Source of the DNA: Auanema rhodensis
Lineage: Eukaryota > Animalia > Nematoda
Direction: 5' to 3'
DNA: 64,000 bases
Assembly: GCA_964057225.1 (NCBI GenBank)
Contig: OZ059899.1
Coordinates: 18,848,001 to 18,912,000, forward strand
Shown one piece after another: positions 27,901 through 42,822 of the stretch. A program made the position numbers and the translations under genes. The first letter of the stretch is position 1. Each line of letters starts with the position of its first letter. A model generated the notes under the pieces. The model was not told the origin of the DNA. It ran no database searches and saw nothing but the letters and a program-made list of their open reading frames with translations.

Positions 27901-30537
27901 GAAAATTTCAAAATAATTTTGCAAAAAGTAGATGTTTTTAGATTCCTTTTTTCAAGGCAAAGACGATGGACAATGTTATTCAACGAAAAAATTAATTCTC
28001 CAGGGTGAAAATCGAGGATGTAAGTGTGAACTTATATCAGTTGATATCTCGGTGCATTTTTAAGCTAGCGCAAATCTGATAACACAGATCGACGCAGCGT
28101 AAAAATCCGCATCGAATGCACTATACAACATTGAGAAACGCTTAATACAAAAATTAGTTATGATCGTTTGAAAAATGATGCATTAGTGTATGTTGAGTTT
28201 CCATGTACACTCAACATTGCTTCCAAAAACATTTTTACAAAAATTTTTCCGAAAAATTTCGAAACAATTTCGCAAAAAGTAGATGTTTTTAGATTCCTTT
28301 TTTCAAGTCAAAGACGATGGACATTGTTATTCAACGAAAAAATTAATTCTGCAGGGTGAAAATCGAGGATATAAGTGTGAACTTATATCAGTTGATATCT
28401 CGGTGCATTTTTAAGCTAGCGCAAATCTGATAACACAGATCGACGCAGCTTAAAAATCCGCATCGAATGCACTATACAACATTGAGAAACGCTTAATACA
28501 AAAATTAGTTATGATCGTTTGAAAAATGATGCATTAGTGTATGTTGAGTTTCCATGTACACTCAACATTGCTTCCAAAAACATTTTTACAAAAATTTTTC
28601 CGAAAAATTTCGAAACAATTTCGCAAAAAGTAGATGTTTTTAGATTCCTTTTTTCAAGGCAAAGACGATGGACATTGTTATTCAACGAAAAAATTAATTC
28701 TGCAGGGTGAAAATCGAGGATATAAGTGTGAACTTATATCAGTTGATATCTCGGTGCATTTTTAAGCTAGCGCAAATCTGATAACACAGATCGACGCAGC
28801 TTAAAAATCCGCATCGAATGCACTATACAACATTGAGAAACGCTTAATACAAAAATTAGTTATGATCGTTTGAAAAATGATGCATTAGTGTATGTTGAGT
28901 TTCCATGTACACTCAACATTGCTTCCAAAAACTTTTTGACAAAAATTTTTCCGAAAAATTTCAAAATAATTCCGCAAAAAGTAGATGTTTTTAAATTCCT
29001 TTTTTCAAGGCAAAAACGATGGACAATGTTATTCAACGAAAAAATTAATTCTCCAGGGTGAAAATCGAGGATGTAAGTGTGAACTTATATCAGTTGATAT
29101 CTCGGTGCATTTTTAAGCTAGCGCAAATCTGATAACACAGATCGACGCAGCTTAAAAATCCGCATCGAATGCACTATACAACATTGAGAAACGCTTAATA
29201 CAAAAATTAGTTATGATCGTTTGAAAAATGATGCATTAGTGTATGTTGAGTTTCCATGTACACTCAACATTGCTTCCAAAAACATTTTGACAAAAATTTT
29301 TCCGGAAAATTTCGAAACAATTTTGCAAAAAGTAGATGTTTTTAGATTCCTTTTTTCAAGGCAAAGACGATGGACAATGTTATTCAACGAAAAAATTAAT
29401 TCTGCAGGGTGAAAATCGAGGATATAAGTGTGAACTTATATCAGTTGATATCTCGGTGCATTTTTAAGCTAGCGCAAATCTGATAACACAGATCGACGCA
29501 GCTTAAAAATCCGCATCGAATGCACTATACAACATTGAGAAACGCTTAATACAAAAATTAGTTATGATCGTTTGAAAAATGATGCATTAGTGTATGTTGA
29601 GTTTCCATGTACACTCAACATTGCTTCCAAAAACATTTTTACAAAAATTTTTCCGAAAAATTTCGAAACAATTTCGCAAAAAGTAGATGTTTTTAAATTC
29701 CTTTTTTCAAGGCAAAAACGATGGACAATGTTATTCAACGAAAAAATTAATTCTCCAGGGTGAAAATCGAGGATGTAAGTGTGAACTTATATCAGTTGAT
29801 ATCTCGGTGCATTTTTAAGCTAGCGCAAATCTGATAACACAGATCGACGCAGCTTAAAAATCCGCATCGAATGCACTATACAACATTGAGAAACGCTTAA
29901 TACAAAAATTAGTTATGATCGTTTGAAAAATGATGCATTAGTGTATGTTGAGTTTCCATGTACACTCAACATTGCTTCCAAAAACATTTTGACAAAAATT
30001 TTTCCGGAAAATTTCGAAACAATTTTGCAAAAAGTAGATGTTTTTAGATTCCTTTTTTCAAGGCAAAGACGATGGACATTGTTATTCAACGAAAAAATTA
30101 ATTCTGCAGGGTGAAAATCGAGGATATAAGTGTGAACTTATATCAGTTGATATCTCGGTGCATTTTTAAGCTAGCGCAAATCTGATAACACAGATCGACG
30201 CAGCTTAAAAATCCGCATCGAATGCACTATACAACATTGAGAAACGCTTAATACAAAAATTAGTTATGATCGTTTGAAAAATGATGCATTAGTGTATGTT
30301 GAGTTTCCATGTACACTCAACATTGCTTCCAAAAACTTTTTGACAAAAATTTTTCCGAAAAATTTCAAAATAATTTCGCAAAAAGTAGATGTTTTTAAAT
30401 TCCTTTTTTCAAGGCAAAAACGATGGACAATGTTATTCAACGAAAAAATTAATTCTCCAGGGTGAAAATCGAGGATGTAAGTGTGAACTTATATCAGTTG
30501 ATATCTCGGTGCATTTTTAAGCTAGCGCAAATCTGAT
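22816..30537. repeat. 12-monomer-offset (4212 bp) duplication, monomers ~66-75 / 78-87
   Basis: 37C at 23203/27415, 228T at 24096/28308, and the 190C ('IIPQ') variant in monomers 71/83. Confidence 0.87.
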
Positions 30538-32994
30538 AACACAGATCGACGCAGCGTAAAAATCCGCATCGAATGCACTATACAACATTGAGAAACGCTT
30601 AATACAAAAATTAGTTATGATCGTTTGAAAAATGATGCATTAGTGTATGTTGAGTTTCCATGTACACTCAACATTGCTTCCAAAAACATTTTTACAAAAA
30701 TTTTTCCGAAAAATTTCGAAACAATTTCGCAAAAAGTAGATGTTTTTAGATTCCTTTTTTCAAGTCAAAGACGATGGACATTGTTATTCAACGAAAAAAT
30801 TAATTCTGCAGGGTGAAAATCGAGGATATAAGTGTGAACTTATATCAGTTGATATCTCGGTGCATTTTTAAGCTAGCGCAAATCTGATAACACAGATCGA
30901 CGCAGCTTAAAAATCCGCATCGAATGCACTATACAACATTGAGAAACGCTTAATACAAAAATTAGTTATGATCGTTTGAAAAATGATGCATTAGTGTATG
31001 TTGAGTTTCCATGTACACTCAACATTGCTTCCAAAAACATTTTTACAAAAATTTTTCCGAAAAATTTCGAAACAATTTCGCAAAAAGTAGATGTTTTTAG
31101 ATTCCTTTTTTCAAGGCAAAGACGATGGACATTGTTATTCAACGAAAAAATTAATTCTGCAGGGTGAAAATCGAGGATATAAGTGTGAACTTATATCAGT
31201 TGATATCTCGGTGCATTTTTAAGCTAGCGCAAATCTGATAACACAGATCGACGCAGCTTAAAAATCCGCATCGAATGCACTATACAACATTGAGAAACGC
31301 TTAATACAAAAATTAGTTATGATCGTTTGAAAAATGATGCATTAGTGTATGTTGAGTTTCCATGTACACTCAACATTGCTTCCAAAAACTTTTTGACAAA
31401 AATTTTTCCGAAAAATTTCAAAATAATTCCGCAAAAAGTAGATGTTTTTAAATTCCTTTTTTCAAGGCAAAAACGATGGACAATGTTATTCAACGAAAAA
31501 ATTAATTCTCCAGGGTGAAAATCGAGGATGTAAGTGTGAACTTATATCAGTTGATATCTCGGTGCATTTTTAAGCTAGCGCAAATCTGATAACACAGATC
31601 GACGCAGCTTAAAAATCCGCATCGAATGCACTATACAACATTGAGAAACGCTTAATACAAAAATTAGTTATGATCGTTTGAAAAATGATGCATTAGTGTA
31701 TGTTGAGTTTCCATGTACACTCAACATTGCTTCCAAAAACATTTTGACAAAAATTTTTCCGGAAAATTTCGAAACAATTTTGCAAAAAGTAGATGTTTTT
31801 AGATTCCTTTTTTCAAGGCAAAGACGATGGACAATGTTATTCAACGAAAAAATTAATTCTGCAGGGTGAAAATCGAGGATATAAGTGTGAACTTATATCA
31901 GTTGATATCTCGGTGCATTTTTAAGCTAGCGCAAATCTGATAACACAGATCGACGCAGCTTAAAAATCCGCATCGAATGCACTATACAACATTGAGAAAC
32001 GCTTAATACAAAAATTAGTTATGATCGTTTGAAAAATGATGCATTAGTGTATGTTGAGTTTCCATGTACACTCAACATTGCTTCCAAAAACATTTTTACA
32101 AAAATTTTTCCGAAAAATTTCGAAACAATTTCGCAAAAAGTAGATGTTTTTAAATTCCTTTTTTCAAGGCAAAAACGATGGACAATGTTATTCAACGAAA
32201 AAATTAATTCTCCAGGGTGAAAATCGAGGATGTAAGTGTGAACTTATATCAGTTGATATCTCGGTGCATTTTTAAGCTAGCGCAAATCTGATAACACAGA
32301 TCGACGCAGCTTAAAAATCCGCATCGAATGCACTATACAACATTGAGAAACGCTTAATACAAAAATTAGTTATGATCGTTTGAAAAATGATGCATTAGTG
32401 TATGTTGAGTTTCCATGTACACTCAACATTGCTTCCAAAAACATTTTGACAAAAATTTTTCCGGAAAATTTCGAAACAATTTTGCAAAAAGTAGATGTTT
32501 TTAGATTCCTTTTTTCAAGGCAAAGACGATGGACATTGTTATTCAACGAAAAAATTAATTCTGCAGGGTGAAAATCGAGGATATAAGTGTGAACTTATAT
32601 CAGTTGATATCTCGGTGCATTTTTAAGCTAGCGCAAATCTGATAACACAGATCGACGCAGCTTAAAAATCCGCATCGAATGCACTATACAACATTGAGAA
32701 ACGCTTAATACAAAAATTAGTTATGATCGTTTGAAAAATGATGCATTAGTGTATGTTGAGTTTCCATGTACACTCAACATTGCTTCCAAAAACTTTTTGA
32801 CAAAAATTTTTCCGAAAAATTTCAAAATAATTTCGCAAAAAGTAGATGTTTTTAAATTCCTTTTTTCAAGGCAAAAACGATGGACAATGTTATTCAACGA
32901 AAAAATTAATTCTCCAGGGTGAAAATCGAGGATGTAAGTGTGAACTTATATCAGTTGATATCTCGGTGCATTTTTAAGCTAGCGCAAATCTGAT
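28081..32994. repeat. 7-monomer (2457 bp) tandem duplication, monomers 81-87 / 88-94
   Basis: 228T at 28308/30765; identical series of seven translated haplotypes (ORFs 28168-30274 vs 30625-32731). Confidence 0.9.
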
Positions 32995-35900
32995 AACACA
33001 GATCGACGCAGCTTAAAAATCCGCATCGAATGCACTATACAACATTGAGAAACGCTTAATACAAAAATTAGTTATGATCGTTTGAAAAATGATGCATTAG
33101 TGTATGTTGAGTTTCCATGTACACTCAACATTGCTTCCAAAAACATTTTGACAAAAATTTTTCCGGAAAATTTCGAAACAATTTTGCAAAAAGTAGATGT
33201 TTTTAGATTCCTTTTTTCAAGGCAAAGACGATGGACAATGTTATTCAACGAAAAAATTAATTCTGCAGGGTGAAAATCGAGGATATAAGTGTGAACTTAT
33301 ATCAGTTGATATCTCGGTGCATTTTTAAGCTAGCGCAAATCTGATAACACAGATCGACGCAGCTTAAAAATCCGCATCGAATGCACTATACAACATTGAG
33401 AAACGCTTAATACAAAAATTAGTTATGATCGTTTGAAAAATGATGCATTAGTGTATGTTGAGTTTCCATGTACACTCAACATTGCTTCCAAAAACATTTT
33501 TACAAAAATTTTTCCGAAAAATTTCGAAACAATTTCGCAAAAAGTAGATGTTTTTAAATTCCTTTTTTCAAGGCAAAAACGATGGACAATGTTATTCAAC
33601 GAAAAAATTAATTCTCCAGGGTGAAAATCGAGGATGTAAGTGTGAACTTATATCAGTTGATATCTCGGTGCATTTTTAAGCTAGCGCAAATCTGATAACA
33701 CAGATCGACGCAGCTTAAAAATCCGCATCGAATGCACTATACAACATTGAGAAACGCTTAATACAAAAATTAGTTATGATCGTTTGAAAAATGATGCATT
33801 AGTGTATGTTGAGTTTCCATGTACACTCAACATTGCTTCCAAAAACATTTTGACAAAAATTTTTCCGGAAAATTTCGAAACAATTTTGCAAAAAGTAGAT
33901 GTTTTTAGATTCCTTTTTTCAAGGCAAAGACGATGGACAATGTTATTCAACGAAAAAATTAATTCTGCAGGGTGAAAATCGAGGATATAAGTGTGAACTT
34001 ATATCAGTTGATATCTCGGTGCATTTTTAAGCTAGCGCAAATCTGATAACACAGATCGACGCAGCTTAAAAATCCGCATCGAATGCACTATACAACATTG
34101 AGAAACGCTTAATACAAAAATTAGTTATGATCGTTTGAAAAATGATGCATTAGTGTATGTTGAGTTTCCATGTACACTCAACATTGCTTCCAAAAACATT
34201 TTTACAAAAATTTTTCCGAAAAATTTCGAAACAATTTCGCAAAAAGTAGATGTTTTTAGATTCCTTTTTTCAAGGCAAAGACGATGGACATTGTTATTCA
34301 ACGAAAAAATTAATTCTGCAGGGTGAAAATCGAGGATATAAGTGTGAACTTATATCAGTTGATATCTCGGTGCATTTTTAAGCTAGCGCAAATCTGATAA
34401 CACAGATCGACGCAGCTTAAAAATCCGCATCGAATGCACTATACAACATTGAGAAACGCTTAATACAAAAATTAGTTATGATCGTTTGAAAAATGATGCA
34501 TTAGTGTATGTTGAGTTTCCATGTACACTCAACATTGCTTCCAAAAACATTTTGACAAAAATTTTTCCGGAAAATTTCGAAACAATTTTGCAAAAAGTAG
34601 ATGTTTTTAGATTCCTTTTTTCAAGGCAAAGACGATGGACAATGTTATTCAACGAAAAAATTAATTCTGCAGGGTGAAAATCGAGGATATAAGTGTGAAC
34701 TTATATCAGTTGATATCTCGGTGCATTTTTAAGCTAGCGCAAATCTGATAACACAGATCGACGCAGCTTAAAAATCCGCATCGAATGCACTATACAACAT
34801 TGAGAAACGCTCAATACAAAAATTAGTTATGATCGTTTGAAAAATGATGCATTAGTGTATGTTGAGTTTCCATGTACACTCAACATTGCTTCCAAAAACA
34901 TTTTTACAAAAATTTTTCCGAAAAATTTCGAAACAATTTCGCAAAAAGTAGATGTTTTTAGATTCCTTTTTTCAAGGCAAAGACGATGGACATTGTTATT
35001 CAACGAAAAAATTAATTCTGCAGGGTGAAAATCGAGGATATAAGTGTGAACTTATATCAGTTGATATCTCGGTGCATTTTTAAGCTAGCGCAAATCTGAT
35101 AACACAGATCGACGCAGCTTAAAAATCCGCATCGAATGCACTATACAACATTGAGAAACGCTTAATACAAAAATTAGTTATGATCGTTTGAAAAATGATG
35201 CATTAGTGTATGTTGAGTTTCCATGTACACTCAACATTGCTTCCAAAAACTTTTTGACAAAAATTTTTCCGAAAAATTTCAAAATAATTTCGCAAAAAGT
35301 AGATGTTTTTAAATTCCTTTTTTCAAGGCAAAAACGATGGACAATGTTATTCAACGAAAAAATTAATTCTCCAGGGTGAAAATCGAGGATGTAAGTGTGA
35401 ACTTATATCAGTTGATATCTCGGTGCATTTTTAAGCTAGCGCAAATCTGATAACACAGATCGACGCAGCTTAAAAATCCGCATCGAATGCACTATACAAC
35501 ATTGAGAAACGCTTAATACAAAAATTAGTTATGATCGTTTGAAAAATGATGCATTAGTGTATGTTGAGTTTCCATGTACACTCAACATTGCTTCCAAAAA
35601 CATTTTGACAAAAATTTTTCCGGAAAATTTCGAAACAATTTTGCAAAAAGTAGATGTTTTTAGATTCCTTTTTTCAAGGCAAAGACGATGGACAATGTTA
35701 TTCAACGAAAAAATTAATTCTGCAGGGTGAAAATCGAGGATATAAGTGTGAACTTATATCAGTTGATATCTCGGTGCATTTTTAAGCTAGCGCAAATCTG
35801 ATAACACAGATCGACGCAGCTTAAAAATCCGCATCGAATGCACTATACAACATTGAGAAACGCTTAATACAAAAATTAGTTATGATCGTTTGAAAAATGA

Positions 35901-38900
35901 TGCATTAGTGTATGTTGAGTTTCCATGTACACTCAACATTGCTTCCAAAAACATTTTTACAAAAATTTTTCCGAAAAATTTCGAAACAATTTCGCAAAAA
36001 GTAAATGTTTTTAAATTCCTTTTTTCAAGGCAAAAACGATGGACAATGTTATTCAACGAAAAAATTAATTCTCCAGGGTGAAAATCGAGGATGTAAGTGT
36101 GAACTTATATCAGTTGATATCTCGGTGCATTTTTAAGCTAGCGCAAATCTGATAACACAGATCGACGCAGCTTAAAAATCCGCATCGAATGCACTATACA
36201 ACATTGAGAAACGCTTAATACAAAAATTAGTTATGATCGTTTGAAAAATGATGCATTAGTGTATGTTGAGTTTCCATGTACACTCAACATTGCTTCCAAA
36301 AACATTTTGACAAAAATTTTTCCGGAAAATTTCGAAACAATTTTGCAAAAAGTAGATGTTTTTAGATTCCTTTTTTCAAGGCAAAGACGATGGACATTGT
36401 TATTCAACGAAAAAATTAATTCTGCAGGGTGAAAATCGAGGATATAAGTGTGAACTTATATCAGTTGATATCTCGGTGCATTTTTAAGCTAGCGCAAATC
36501 TGATAACACAGATCGACGCAGCTTAAAAATCCGCATCGAATGCACTATACAACATTGAGAAACGCTTAATACAAAAATTAGTTATGATCGTTTGAAAAAT
36601 GATGCATTAGTGTATGTTGAGTTTCCATGTACACTCAACATTGCTTCCAAAAACTTTTTGACAAAAATTTTTCCGAAAAATTTCAAAATAATTTCGCAAA
36701 AAGTAGATGTTTTTAAATTCCTTTTTTCAAGGCAAAGACGATGGACAATGTTATTCAACGAAAAAATTAATTCTGCAGGGTGAAAATCGAGGATATAAGT
36801 GTGAACTTATATCAGTTGATATCTCGGTGCATTTTTAAGCTAGCGCAAATCTGATAACACAGATCGACGCAGCTTAAAAATCCGCATCGAATGCACTATA
36901 CAACATTGAGAAACGCTTAATACAAAAATTAGTTATGATCGTTTGAAAAATGATGCATTAGTGTATGTTGAGTTTCCATGTACACTCAACATTGCTTCCA
37001 AAAACTTTTTGACAAAAATTTTTCCGAAAAATTTCAAAATAATTTCGCAAAAAGTAGATGTTTTTAAATTCCTTTTTTCAAGGCAAAAACGATGGACAAT
37101 GTTATTCAACGAAAAAATTAATTCTCCAGGGTGAAAATCGAGGATGTAAGTGTGAACTTATATCAGTTGATATCTCGGTGCATTTTTAAGCTAGCGCAAA
37201 TCTGATAACACAGATCGACGCAGCTTAAAAATCCGCATCGAATGCACTATACAACATTGAGAAACGCTTAATACAAAAATTAGTTATGATCGTTTGAAAA
37301 ATGATGCATTAGTGTATGTTGAGTTTCCATGTACACTCAACATTGCTTCCAAAAACATTTTGACAAAAATTTTTCCGGAAAATTTCGAAACAATTTTGCA
37401 AAAAGTAGATGTTTTTAGATTCCTTTTTTCAAGGCAAAGACGATGGACAATGTTATTCAACGAAAAAATTAATTCTGCAGGGTGAAAATCGAGGATATAA
37501 GTGTGAACTTATATCAGTTGATATCTCGGTGCATTTTTAAGCTAGCGCAAATCTGATAACACAGATCGACGCAGCTTAAAAATCCGCATCGAATGCACTA
37601 TACAACATTGAGAAACGCTTAATACAAAAATTAGTTATGATCGTTTGAAAAATGATGCATTAGTGTATGTTGAGTTTCCATGTACACTCAACATTGCTTC
37701 CAAAAACATTTTTACAAAAATTTTTCCGAAAAATTTCGAAACAATTTCGCAAAAAGTAGATGTTTTTAAATTCCTTTTTTCAAGGCAAAAACGATGGACA
37801 ATGTTATTCAACGAAAAAATTAATTCTCCAGGGTGAAAATCGAGGATGTAAGTGTGAACTTATATCAGTTGATATCTCGGTGCATTTTTAAGCTAGCGCA
37901 AATCTGATAACACAGATCGACGCAGCTTAAAAATCCGCATCGAATGCACTATACAACATTGAGAAACGCTTAATACAAAAATTAGTTATGATCGTTTGAA
38001 AAATGATGCATTAGTGTATGTTGAGTTTCCATGTACACTCAACATTGCTTCCAAAAACATTTTTACAAAAATTTTTCCGAAAAATTTCGAAACAATTTCG
38101 CAAAAAGTAGATGTTTTTAGATTCCTTTTTTCAAGGCAAAGACGATGGACATTGTTATTCAACGAAAAAATTAATTCTGCAGGGTGAAAATCGAGGATAT
38201 AAGTGTGAACTTATATCAGTTGATATCTCGGTGCATTTTTAAGCTAGCGCAAATCTGATAACACAGATCGACGCAGCTTAAAAATCCGCATCGAATGCAC
38301 TATACAACATTGAGAAACGCTTAATACAAAAATTAGTTATGATCGTTTGAAAAATGATGCATTAGTGTATGTTGAGTTTCCATGTACACTCAACATTGCT
38401 TCCAAAAACATTTTGACAAAAATTTTTCCGGAAAATTTCGAAACAATTTTGCAAAAAGTAGATGTTTTTAGATTCCTTTTTTCAAGGCAAAGACGATGGA
38501 CAATGTTATTCAACGAAAAAATTAATTCTGCAGGGTGAAAATCGAGGATATAAGTGTGAACTTATATCAGTTGATATCTCGGTGCATTTTTAAGCTAGCG
38601 CAAATCTGATAACACAGATCGACGCAGCTTAAAAATCCGCATCGAATGCACTATACAACATTGAGAAACGCTTAATACAAAAATTAGTTATGATCGTTTG
38701 AAAAATGATGCATTAGTGTATGTTGAGTTTCCATGTACACTCAACATTGCTTCCAAAAACATTTTTACAAAAATTTTTCCGAAAAATTTCGAAACAATTT
38801 CGCAAAAAGTAGATGTTTTTAGATTCCTTTTTTCAAGGCAAAGACGATGGACATTGTTATTCAACGAAAAAATTAATTCTGCAGGGTGAAAATCGAGGAT

Positions 38901-39312
38901 ATAAGTGTGAACTTATATCAGTTGATATCTCGGTGCATTTTTAAGCTAGCGCAAATCTGATAACACAGATCGACGCAGCTTAAAAATCCGCATCGAATGC
39001 ACTATACAACATTGAGAAACGCTTAATACAAAAATTAGTTATGATCGTTTGAAAAATGATGCATTAGTGTATGTTGAGTTTCCATGTACACTCAACATTG
39101 CTTCCAAAAACTTTTTGACAAAAATTTTTCCGAAAAATTTCAAAATAATTTCGCAAAAAGTAGATGTTTTTAAATTCCTTTTTTCAAGGCAAAAACGATG
39201 GACAATGTTATTCAACGAAAAAATTAATTCTCCAGGGTGAAAATCGAGGATGTAAGTGTGAACTTATATCAGTTGATATCTCGGTGCATTTTTAAGCTAG
39301 CGCAAATCTGAT

Positions 39313-42300
39313 AACACAGATCGACGCAGCTTAAAAATCCGCATCGAATGCACTATACAACATTGAGAAACGCTTAATACAAAAATTAGTTATGATCGTT
39401 TGAAAAATGATGCATTAGTGTATGTTGAGTTTCCATGTACACTCAACATTGCTTCCAAAAACATTTTGACAAAAATTTTTCCGGAAAATTTCGAAACAAT
39501 TTTGCAAAAAGTAGATGTTTTTAGATTCCTTTTTTCAAGGCAAAGACGATGGACAATGTTATTCAACGAAAAAATTAATTCTGCAGGGTGAAAATCGAGG
39601 ATATAAGTGTGAACTTATATCAGTTGATATCTCGGTGCATTTTTAAGCTAGCGCAAATCTGATAACACAGATCGACGCAGCTTAAAAATCCGCATCGAAT
39701 GCACTATACAACATTGAGAAACGCTTAATACAAAAATTAGTTATGATCGTTTGAAAAATGATGCATTAGTGTATGTTGAGTTTCCATGTACACTCAACAT
39801 TGCTTCCAAAAACATTTTGACAAAAATTTTTCCAAAAAATTTCGAAATAATTTTGCAAAAAGTAGATGTTTTTAGATTCCTTTTTTCAAGGCAAAGACGA
39901 TGGACATTGTTATTCAACGAAAAAATTAATTCTGCAGGGTGAAAATCGAGGATATAAGTGTGAACTTATATCAGTTGATATCTCGGTGCATTTTTAAGCT
40001 AGCGCAAATCTGATAACACAGATCGACGCAGCTTAAAAATCCGCATCGAATGCACTATACAACATTGAGAAACGCTTAATACAAAAATTAGTTATGATCG
40101 TTTGAAAAATGATGCATTAGTGTATGTTGAGTTTCCATGTACACTCAACATTGCTTCCAAAAACATTTTGACAAAAATTTTTCCGAAAAATTTCAAAATA
40201 ATTTCGCAAAAAGTAGATGTTTTTAAATTCCTTTTTCCAAGGCAAAAACGATGGACAATGTTATTCAACGAAAAAATTAATTCTCCAGGGTGAAAATCGA
40301 GGATATAAGTGTGAACTTATATCAGTTGATATCTCGGTGCATTTTTAAGCTAGCGCAAATCTGATAACACAGATCGACGCAGCGTAAAAATCCGCATCGA
40401 ATGCACTATACAACATTGAGAAACGCTTAATACAAAAATTAGTTATGATCGTTTGAAAAATGATTCATTAGTGTATGTTGAGTTTCCATGTACACTCAAC
40501 ATTGCTTCCAAAAACATTTTTACAAAAATTTTTCCGGAAAATTTCGAAACAATTTTGCAAAAAGTAGATGTTTTTAGATTCCTTTTTCCAAGGCAAAGAC
40601 GATGGACAATGTTATTCAACGAAAAAATTAATTCTCCAGGGTGAAAATCGAGGATGTAAGTGTGAACTTATATCAGTTGATATCTCGGTGCATTTTTAAG
40701 CTAGCGCAAATCTGATAACACAGATCGACGCAGCGTAAAAATCCGCATCGAATGCACTATACAACATTGAGAAACGCTTAATACAAAAATTAGTTATGAT
40801 CGTTTGAAAAATGATGCATTAGTGTATGTTGAGTTTCCATGTACACTCAACATTGCTTCCAAAAACATTTTGACAAAAATTTTTCCGAAAAATTTCAAAA
40901 TAATTTCGCAAAAAGTAGATGTTTTTAAATTCCTTTTTTCAAGGCAAAAACGATGGACAATGTTATTCAACGAAAAAATTAATTCTCCAGGGTGAAAATC
41001 GAGGATGTAAGTGTGAACTTATATCAGTTGATATCTCGGTGCATTTTCAAGCTAGCGCAAATCTGATAACACAGATCGACGCAGCTTAAAAATCCGCATC
41101 GAATGCACTATACAACATTGAGAAACGCTTAATACAAAAATTAGTTATGATCGTTTGAAAAATGATGCATTAGTGTATGTTGAGTTTCCATGTACACTCA
41201 ACATTGCTTCCAAAAACATTTTGACAAAAATTTTTCCGGAAAATTTCGAAACAATTTTGCAAAAAGTAGATGTTTTTAGATTCCTTTTTTCAAGGCAAAG
41301 ACGATGGACAATGTTATTCAACGAAAAAATTAATTCTGCAGGGTGAAAATCGAGGATATAAGTGTGAACTTATATCAGTTGATATCTCGGTGCATTTTTA
41401 AGCTAGCGCAAATCTGATAACACAGATCGACGCAGCTTAAAAATCCGCATCGAATGCACTATACAACATTGAGAAACGCTTAATACAAAAATTAGTTATG
41501 ATCGTTTGAAAAATGATGCATTAGTGTATGTTGAGTTTCCATGTACACTCAACATTGCTTCCAAAAACATTTTGACAAAAATTTTTCCGAAAAATTTCGA
41601 AATAATTTTGCAAAAAGTAGATGTTTTTAGATTCCTTTTTTCAAGGCAAAGACGATGGACATTGTTATTCAACGAAAAAATTAATTCTGCAGGGTGAAAA
41701 TCGAGGATATAAGTGTGAACTTATATCAGTTGATATCTCGGTGCATTTTTAAGCTAGCGCAAATCTGATAACACAGATCGACGCAGCTTAAAAATCCGCA
41801 TCGAATGCACTATACAACATTGAGAAACGCTTAATACAAAAATTAGTTATGATCGTTTGAAAAATGATGCATTAGTGTATGTTGAGTTTCCATGTACACT
41901 CAACATTGCTTCCAAAAACATTTTGACAAAAATTTTTCCGAAAAATTTCAAAATAATTTCGCAAAAAGTAGATGTTTTTAAATTCCTTTTTCCAAGGCAA
42001 AAACGATGGACAATGTTATTCAACGAAAAAATTAATTCTCCAGGGTGAAAATCGAGGATATAAGTGTGAACTTATATCAGTTGATATCTCGGTGCATTTT
42101 TAAGCTAGCGCAAATCTGATAACACAGATCGACGCAGCGTAAAAATCCGCATCGAATGCACTATACAACATTGAGAAACGCTTAATACAAAAATTAGTTA
42201 TGATCGTTTGAAAAATGATTCATTAGTGTATGTTGAGTTTCCATGTACACTCAACATTGCTTCCAAAAACATTTTTACAAAAATTTTTCCGGAAAATTTC

Positions 42301-42822
42301 GAAACAATTTTGCAAAAAGTAGATGTTTTTAGATTCCTTTTTCCAAGGCAAAGACGATGGACAATGTTATTCAACGAAAAAATTAATTCTCCAGGGTGAA
42401 AATCGAGGATGTAAGTGTGAACTTATATCAGTTGATATCTCGGTGCATTTTTAAGCTAGCGCAAATCTGATAACACAGATCGACGCAGCGTAAAAATCCG
42501 CATCGAATGCACTATACAACATTGAGAAACGCTTAATACAAAAATTAGTTATGATCGTTTGAAAAATGATGCATTAGTGTATGTTGAGTTTCCATGTACA
42601 CTCAACATTGCTTCCAAAAACATTTTGACAAAAATTTTTCCGAAAAATTTCAAAATAATTTCGCAAAAAGTAGATGTTTTTAAATTCCTTTTTTCAAGGC
42701 AAAAACGATGGACAATGTTATTCAACGAAAAAATTAATTCTCCAGGGTGAAAATCGAGGATGTAAGTGTGAACTTATATCAGTTGATATCTCGGTGCATT
42801 TTCAAGCTAGCGCAAATCTGAT
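39313..42822. repeat. 5-monomer tandem duplication, monomers 113-117 / 118-122
   Basis: 100T ('MKNDS') at 40465/42220; 'FEIIL' and 'FPRQK' haplotypes repeat at 1755 bp. Confidence 0.88.
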
